The position numbers were made by a program, and so were the translations under genes. From the NCBI GenBank assembly GCA_965178125.1, contig OZ237765.1:496001-560000 (forward strand): a stretch of DNA of 64,000 nucleotides. The letters are read 5' to 3'. The notes beneath the pieces were generated by a model that saw only the letters and a list, made by a program, of their open reading frames with translations, did no database searches and was not told the DNA's origin. The stretch is from Bilabrum cf. latius. Its lineage: Eukaryota. How positions within the stretch are numbered: the stretch's first letter is position 1; each line of letters opens with the position of its first letter. Shown in pieces: positions 56,044 to 64,000 of this stretch.

Positions 56044-56439
56044 TATGCTTTAGCGGCTTGAGTTGTGAAGGCTGCGATAGCAACAGGTATTCCCTACGGA
56101 TAAAGATGTAGTACTAGTCAGACACTCTAGAGTAGGGTCAACAAACCAAACAAAGTACTACTGCAAATCCCACCACGGGTAGGGTGTATAGTTGAATGTA
56201 AAATACCCCGCCTTACATCTCACTTATGTTGAGTCCGGTGCAAACTATTTCGGAGTTGAGCCGGGCTGATGGGCTCTTATCGCCAAATCGCACCAAAGAA
56301 TCGCAAATGCGATATTCGGTTAGGATTCGGTCCCGAAACCCAAAATTATGTCGCATCCACATGTCGTCCTACTACTACTAGTCACTGAGCTCGTCAGATG
56401 CCCAGGCTGAGGGGTGCGCTCTGCCCGCATTGGCTCCGA

Positions 56440-56700
56440 CTTGCAGCGCTGCCGGCCAGGAGAAGGTACGCATGGAGATACGTATGCATTGATTTGATTA
56501 GTGTGGATATGTTTGCGGGGAGTGGCGCTTCGTGATTGCTCGAAAATCAAGATTCGTTCGTTCTTTCGTCCGCTTCGTGCAACGAGAGGTTCGCGCTTGG
56601 GCGCACGCATACGTAAGAAATTGAATCTGAATGGTCAAACTTAGAGCAAATTTTCTTGTTCCAGTGTGCATAGGTAATGCATTCGTCCTCTTTTTCGTTT
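56440..56700 (+). pseudogene. Decayed duplicate of the ATP synthase b 3' end and 3' UTR
   Basis: Collinear with ~54400-54620 (CCAGGAGAAGGT..TGATTTGATT.GTGTGGAT..GAGTGGCGCTTCGT..GGCGCACGCAT..AATGCATTC). Confidence 0.7.
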
Positions 56701-56893
56701 TCGAACGGCCTAGGAGACTCTCAACTCGAGACTCTTTTTCGTTCAACAAGTTGTAGCGTGCTGAACTTCATTGAATGTTCGGGATAAAAATCCAGATAGC
56801 GTGCACCGCAGTTCTCGAGAATCCAGTTGGTTGCTGGGGGTTCTCCTAGCGGTTCTGAGCCTTCGCATCGCTGGATTTGGAGGTTTGTATATA

Positions 56894-59800
56894 ATGGCAG
56901 CTGTAGCTGCAAGCGGAGCCGGAAGTGCTTCCCCCCCTGAGCCATCCAGCACCGATGGAGTTGCGATCTTGCCGACGGTGCTGAGACGGCACAAACTCCT
57001 GGAAGACCGCCGAGTGTCGAGCTTGAAGAAAGCCTCACTTGCCGTAACTAGTCAGCTTCTGAAGTCTATTGCCGAGAGCAAGCAGAAGCTCGATTTGGCG
57101 AAACCAGTGACTGCTCTGCAGGCACAGCTCGCAAAGCAGAAACCTCGTGCTTTGTTCGAAGACTGGTCTCCGCCAAGGCGACCAGGAATCATCAGGGTAC
57201 CTCTTGACAAGAAGATGCTATCCGTGAGCTCCAAGGACAAGTCGTCTACGGGCCCCGCCTCGCTCCTCGAAGAGGGATCCGACAAGAGCTGGGAGAGCAA
57301 GGCGAACCCGAAGGGAGGCCGCTCGAAAATAGTCATCGATCCCGGCTTTACCTTCAACGCAACCCACGTCAGGGTCGCATTTCCCGACGACGAATCTCGC
57401 TGCGAGACGCTGACGGTGTACGCCGCGGATTCCAAGCGAAAGGGCTGCTACAAGCTCCTCTCAGTCCCTGGGAAACAGATCGCAGACGCGGACGCAGGGG
57501 AGGAACTGACGTACCTCGACCTCGGCGGTGCCCGCTGCAGGGAAATCCAGATCGTGCTGGAGGGATTCGACCGCAAGAACACGGAGAAGCAGCACTGCCT
57601 CAACGGCATCCAGCTGTACAGGCTTCGCGAAGACCAGGAGGTTGCTGAACTCCAGGGCGTGCTGGGCTCGCTCGAATCGTTCCTCGCCGAATCGGCGCAG
57701 CCGGGCCGCGCCTCCGACGAGGACGTGCGGCGGTCGGCCCTGGCTGCCCTCCAGAACCTGTGCCTGTCGTCGGCTAGCCTGTCCTCGATGACGAGTGTGC
57801 TGAGGGTGAGGGTGCAGTGCATTGCATTGATATGCAGTGCCTGTCGGTTGCTGTTAGCTTGTTCCTCCGTGTGTGTGGATATGGCATGTGCTGTCCGCCG
57901 TGTGTGTGTTCGTTGCTGCTCGTTTGGCTCCCTGCCGGTTATTGACCGATAGGACCAAGCACCCCGCCTGTCTGACGCCTTGTACCAGGTACCTCCGTTT
58001 GTGTTTTCCTCCAACCACTTTTGCAGGCGCTGCTGGGCCACAGCGGACCGCTAGGCACCGAGCTTTCTCGGAGAACGTTCGCTTTCCTGCAGGGTTTGGA
58101 CCGCCAGTACGACGACCTGTGCACGCAGCTCTTCGCGACGTCCGGCCCTTCAGCCATGTCCTTGTCGTGTGAGTGTGACGAGTGCGACTGAGTGTGTGAC
58201 GACTACGGAGTGGCGTGCTTCACTGGCTGCCATCCTGTCTTTGTCTTCTGGATGCCTTGCCTTGCACACCCAATCGACTGAACCCATTGCACCCCATCGA
58301 CTGAACCCATTGCACCCCATCGACTGAACCCATTGCACCCCATCGACTGAACCCATTGCACCCCATCGTCAGAACCGAACTCTTGCTACTGCCTGCCTGC
58401 ATGTCGCCGCCATCCCTTTGTCTTCATTCCGGAACTCTAGCGCAGTCAGCCTCGAGGCCGGACCCGGGTGCACTGTGAACGGGATGGAGGTGACCGGCAA
58501 CACGTCCAGCGGCGCGTACGCTGCACTCAACTACGGGATCGACAGCGGCAAGATGGAGTGGCAGTGCACGAACGTGCAGGACGAGGAATACGACGAGGCC
58601 TCTCTGTACGGTATCTGCACCAAGCCGATCACCAACAACAACTATGAGTACAACCCGAGCTTCTGGACCATCCGCGCGTACAACGGGCAGGTGATGCAGC
58701 AGTCTAGCTACGGCACGTCACTGGGCCGCATGCGGCAGGGCTCCAAGATCAAGTTCGTGCTTGACATGGACAAGGGCGAGTGCCAGATGTGGCACAACGG
58801 GGCGCCCAAAGGCCCCATCTTTACCAACCTCAAGTCGCACGGCAAGAAGTTTTACCCGCTGGTCTGCTTCTACTCGAGCAACCGCAAGGTCAAGTTCGAC
58901 TACATCAAGATCCTGTCGGGCAGCAAGTCCTCAGGCGACTCGGCGGGCGGGGGTGGCACCAGCGTGGCATACCTCGGCAGCATGGAGCCATCCGCCGTGC
59001 AGGGAACAGAGACCAAGCAGATCGGCGCGGGGGCCATGCGGTCGGAGGACTCTACGAGCCCCATCGTCATCAGCAGCGCGTCGAGGGGAGAGCTCACCAC
59101 GGAGCACGGGCTGTCTGTGCCGCTGCCCGAGGGCGCCGAGGGCGACTCGTTGTCCAAGGTGACGTACGAGCTGGACAAGTCCGCTGGACTCGACGTGTTC
59201 CAGGCAACGGTCGGGCTGTGCGACCCCTAGAAGAGGAGGAAGAAGAGGTCAAACCGGCGCGGTGCTGCGGACGAGGACGAGGAGGAGGGTGGGGATGCAG
59301 GTGAGAGCAAGGAGGCGGAGGAGGGCGCGTCGGGCGCTCTCGAGTCCAAGGAGGCAGAGGTGGACGGGACCGGAGCTCTAGAGTCCAAGGAAGCAGAGGT
59401 CGGCGACGATGCTGCTGGTGGAGGGGCAGCGACCGCCGCATCGTCCGGAGCAGGTGCCGGCGCCGGCAAGGGCAAGGCCAAGAAGGAAGACGAAGCGCTC
59501 GCAACGATTCAATTCGTGCTGGAGGGCGACGGGAAGCGCCTGTGGCGGAGTAAAGAGTTCGTCGTGCCTGTCGCGGGGCAGGACCTGCCCGAGGCATCGC
59601 CCGAGCTGGACGTGCAGGATGTGATGGTGCGCGTGAGCGGTGTCCGCAAGCTCGCCCTCAAAGTGACACAGTCTGTTGGTACCAAGGACATTTTGCCCGT
59701 GTGGATGGACGCCCGCGTCAGGCGGGCCCCCTGGCTGCTGGAGCGGCTGGAGGCATAGACCAAGCGAGCCCAGGAGAAGAAGAGCGACGAGAAGAAGAAG

Positions 59801-61987
59801 GCAGCCGCCGAAGATCGTCCGTCAGCAAGTGGCACGGCGCGGGCAGCCTTCGGTGCCGGCGGAGAAGGCGATCAAGAAGAAGGAGCCGAAGGTTCGGCCG
59901 ACGGAGGTGTGTCACCGGTGGTGGCAAGCCCCGTGGTGGCAAGCCCCGTGGTGGCCAGCCCCGTGGCGGGTGCCGGCGAGGACGAGGAAGATGAGGAGCT
60001 GACCGGTGAGCAGGCCGCTGGCAGGCTACTGGACGTTCTGGGTCTCTTCGGGCGTCAGGCGGTCAGGGCGATGCGGGGCAGCAGGCCGGTGAGGGAGCCA
60101 GGGCAGCCTAGTCCTGCGCTTGAGGTGCCGTACGTGGTGCAGAGCGACGCCGAATCCATGGGCCGCGTGGCGTCTCTCCTTGACATGCTCCGCTCTGCGT
60201 ATGACGAGTGCGGGGAGGATGAGAGTGGCAAGAAACGCGTGTGCGGGATGATCGAGACTGTGCTGAGCCTGCTCAGCCTCAACTTTAGGAGGCTGGGGTA
60301 TGCCGGCGTTCATCCCAGTGAGGCCGGGTTTGATGTGGCCGCCCCGCCGCCCACATTCCCCTACGTGTCGTTGAAGAAAGACAAGAAGAAGAAGGGGAAG
60401 AAGAAGAGGAAGGGGGGTGACAGCGGCAGCGAAGATGAGGACGGTGGCGCGGGTGCCGGCATGACCGACGCCGAGCTCGCCATGCAGCTGTAGGAGCAGG
60501 AGGAGCGGGCCATGCTCGAGGCATCCGGTGCTCTGGATGGGGCGAGCGGGGACGGCGACAACGACTCGGATGATGATGACGAGGAGGAGGACGGTGACGG
60601 TGACGGCGACGGTGACGGTGACGGTGACGGTGACGGTGAGGACGGTGGGTCTGATGGAGCGGGCGGGGCCGGAAAGAAGGCCGACAGAAAGGCAGCCAAG
60701 GCCTCGCTGGCCAAGCTCCAGTCCGTGCTAGAGGGGATCTACGCGGCCGAGCAGCTACCCGGTGAGATCCGCGCCGAGGCCGCCTCTGTTGTGGACCACT
60801 CGCTGCCTCTGTTCTATCCCTCTACAGAGGAGAGAGCAGCCCTGCTCAGGCGATGCACGGCGGATGGCACGGACGGTGTGGTGGAGCTGCAGCTGGCCTG
60901 GCCGGTGGAGGTGGCCGGTGGTGCTGCAGGGGGCAACGACGGCGATGAGGAGGAGGAGGGGGGGTCCGCTGCGACGGGCGGGGCAGCAGGTGGGGGAGAC
61001 TCAACGGATAGCCGGTTCGAGCGTGCGGTGCTGCTGGTGCAGTCGGCGTGCCGCAGGTCTGGCTGGAGGTGCGAGATCCTGTCGCTGTGGAAGCAGTCGA
61101 TCCACCTCGTGCTATCGCCCCCCCGGAGGACGTCAGCCGCATCCGCCGGCCCCCGGGGCGCTGCTTCAGGGAACAACGACGGGTCCGTGGGACCCGTTGC
61201 GGAGCTGCTCACCAAGACGCTGGCCGAGGAGCTTGACCGGGCAGGCATCGCCGGGTTTGTGTTCCCCGAGGGCTGCCAGCTGGACGACCTCGGGTTCTGC
61301 CTGGAACGTTCGCTGAATTTTGACCGCCAGAAGAGGGTGGACACGGGCCCGTCCATCGGGCTGGTGCGGCTGTATCCCGCGGGGAGCACCTCTGCAGACG
61401 CGGTGGTCGAGCATATTCAGGCGTACTTGGACAACGCCCACTAGAAGCAGCAGGAGAAGAAGAGGAAAGCAGAGGAGGAGGTCAGCGGGGTCCACGTGGA
61501 CCGTGATGATGATGACGACAACAGCAGCACCGCGCCCTCGGAGGCAGGTGAGGAGGGGGACGGGCCGCCAGTGCCACTGCCTGGCGCGTTCGGGTTCGCG
61601 ATGGGGGGGGTACCGAGGGCCGGTACTTTCGGGGGAGGGTTTGGAGGACCAGCTCCCTCCGCTCCATCGGGTGGGGGCTTTTCCTTCGGAGCCAGCGCGG
61701 GAAGTAGGTGGGGAGGCGGAGCGCCCACCATGGCTGCGTCCAGCTCGGGGGGGGGTGGCTTCAGCTTTGGGGGGGGTGGTATGGCAGCGCCCACCATGCA
61801 TTGGGGGGCCGCCGGTGGGACTCCGCCCGTCCCTCCTGCATTCCTTGTTGGGAGAGGGGGAAGGGGAGGAAGGGGCGGAAGGGGCGGTGGAAGGTCTGCG
61901 GGAGGGGCGGCGAGGCGGACTGTGAGGCGATCTGCCAGAGCTGAGAGGCGCGGTGTATTTGACCTGGGCGATGAAATGGACTTCTGA
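56894..61987 (+). CDS. Large multi-exon protein with DOC/galactose-binding-like, SPRY, NPCBM-like and MIU-like parts; resembles the N-terminal half of giant E3 ligases
   Basis: SPRY motif (KIKFVLDMDKGECQMWHNG..FYPLVCFY); frame 58418-61987 broken only by TAG (59228, 59756, 60491, 61442); TGA stop. Confidence 0.62.
58273..58368 (+). repeat. 23-bp tandem repeat x4 (intronic)
   Basis: ATCGACTGAACCCATTGCACCCC. Confidence 0.9.
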
Positions 61988-62227
61988 TTTTTCTTCTGTG
62001 TTGCTGCTCGCGATGAGCATATGAGAAAAAGGCTAAAAGTAGTACAGGCCCATCATATGACGCAACCTTCTGGACTCGGTCAACTTGAGGACCCAGATTG
62101 CTTTTTTGCCCGTAGTGATGGTTGCAACCAATAGTTCCGCGGTTTGTGCGCGGCGCCGAGAGCCAGCCGCAGCCACGCGTAGGCTCAGAACACGGTCCGC
62201 CAGTGCGATCCACATTCAGTCGACAGC

Positions 62228-64000
62228 ATGCGGTCCATTATATCTCTAATTGCATGTTCTGTATCAATTCTCGGTATTGGTACCGAGTGCGTGCGCCACG
62301 GCACTGGGACAGGCCGATTAAGATTCAATGCAAAGCGCATGGGCGCTCTCGAGACTCGCGTGCTATCCGAGGCTACATCTGGCGATGTTGGGGACGCAAA
62401 AACGCTTGATATAACGACAAGAAAAGGCGGAGATGAGCTCGATGCCATCAAAGGGATGGATTACCTGGGTAAGTGCTATTAATGTCGAATGTCTACAATG
62501 CGGCTCACTTGTAGCCCCACTTCTTAAAGCTAGCATTCCTTGTAACCCATCGAATGCAGGCATGGGGATGAACATGATTTTAGGGAGCCCAGGTAGCGGT
62601 GCAAACGGGGCCAAAAACGACTTTTGGCACGAAGCCATCATGAGCCTGGTCTTCGGGCAGTCCTCACAAACCAGAAGCGGCATGGCGCTCTAGCCTGTCG
62701 GGGGGCAAGCAGTGCCACTAACGAGATGTTTCAGATCATCATCCTCTTCGAAGTTCTCGACTACCGAGGAGCTGCAGGAGAGCTACAAGCAAGACTTTTC
62801 CGCCGGTTCGGAAGGCGGTGTGCCAGGGCTGCCTGCCGGCTTGGAGTTTAGCTTTTCGCAAGAGATGCAGGACTTCAACGAGCGCGTCGCGAAGTCGGAC
62901 ATTTCAGAGTATCGCACATCGGTGACTTGCACGTATTACCTGGTGCGCATCGACGACGGGGAGGCCGGACGAACTGTGAAGACCACGCCCCGATTCAAGC
63001 AGGCCGTGGCAAAGGTGGCAGTGGACAAACCCGAAGTCGAGGATGTCGTCAGGTTCATTGACGAGTTTGGCACTCATTTCGCGCGCGAGATCACCCTGGG
63101 AGCCTCTCTCACCCACGTGATGACCATCGCGTCAGACGAGGTGGAGAAGATCGAGAGCAAGGGGCAATCCGTCAGCGCGGCGATCGACGCTGCCATGATC
63201 AAGACCTCGACTTCGGGCGACTCAGAGATCAAGAAGATCGCCAAGCACCTGCAGGAGCACATGCAGACGCGCACGGAAACGATCGGGTCCGCACCGCCCA
63301 GTGCGGACCCGATGGATCCGGAGGCACCATCGCAGCTGGCCGAAGCAATGGCCGACAACCCCGCACCCGTGCGGGCAATACCTGCTCCGTTTTACGAAAT
63401 CCGCAAGGAAGACGGCGACGGCTTCGTCATGACCCGGGATTAGTACAGCACCATGATCGACATGTACATCAAGTACCTCAAGGGGAACCAGGAGGCCGAG
63501 CTTCTCAGGAAGCCGAGGACTTCGATCCGGATCGGCGACGAGCTGCGGTCGGACGAGGAGGATGCCAAGAAGCGCGCCGTGTTCGCCCCGGGCAAGTCCA
63601 CCATCCTCCAGCTGGAGACCAACGGCGAGCTGGTGCTCAAGAGCGCGGCGGGCCACACGCTCTGGAAGGTGACCCCGCCCGCCAAGATGCACGGCAAGGA
63701 GCTCAAGGGACCATTCGCGCTGAAATGGCAGGAGGACGGCCACATCGTGCTGAAGGGCAACCTCAAGTCGCCCTACTGGTCCATCGACGTGAGCCCCGAC
63801 GGCTGCACGGGTGTGATTCCCTTCGATCTCACCGTGCGCAAGTCGGGCGAGTTTGTCGTGCAGTCGGCTGACAGCCGCGTGATGTGGAAGTCCGACAGCA
63901 AGCTCGGGCAGGAGTCCACGAGCAACGACGGCCAGCGTGGTGCCATGTGCCAGCACGGAGAATTCAAGGGCATGCTGGAGCGGGGTGACTTCATCCGAGC
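62228..64000 (+). CDS. Secreted MACPF (perforin-like) protein fused to a bulb-type lectin domain; runs off the window; intron 62469-62559
   Basis: Signal peptide; DYLGMGMNMILGSP; FIDEFGTHFAREITLGA signature; C-terminal LQLETNGELVL..LW, WQEDGHIVL..W; TAG at 62691 and 63441. Confidence 0.8.

Overview
GC-rich eukaryotic (protist) nuclear DNA with GT-AG introns. The ATP synthase b and FUN14 sequences suggest a stramenopile, but this is inference. The dominant signal is a non-standard genetic code. About 70 in-frame TAG codons interrupt about 18 otherwise intact genes, including adenylosuccinate lyase, GH38 mannosidase, Deltex, FN3, MACPF and subtilase. Genes end almost only in TGA (once in TAA) and never in TAG. 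Conserved motifs and CAG/TAG swaps between paralogues indicate UAG = Gln, with UAA and UGA kept as stops. Reading TAG as Gln joins the fragmented ORF track into about 22 genes. The window also holds a ~7.2-kb two-gene cassette (CaaX-ended subtilase plus LRR/ankyrin-like gene) in two full copies and one partial copy with precise shared ends. Other elements are a non-LTR retrotransposon endonuclease relic, minisatellites, a MACPF-bulb-lectin fusion and a WWE-WWE-RING-DTC Deltex. No tRNA, rRNA or CRISPR array was recognised.
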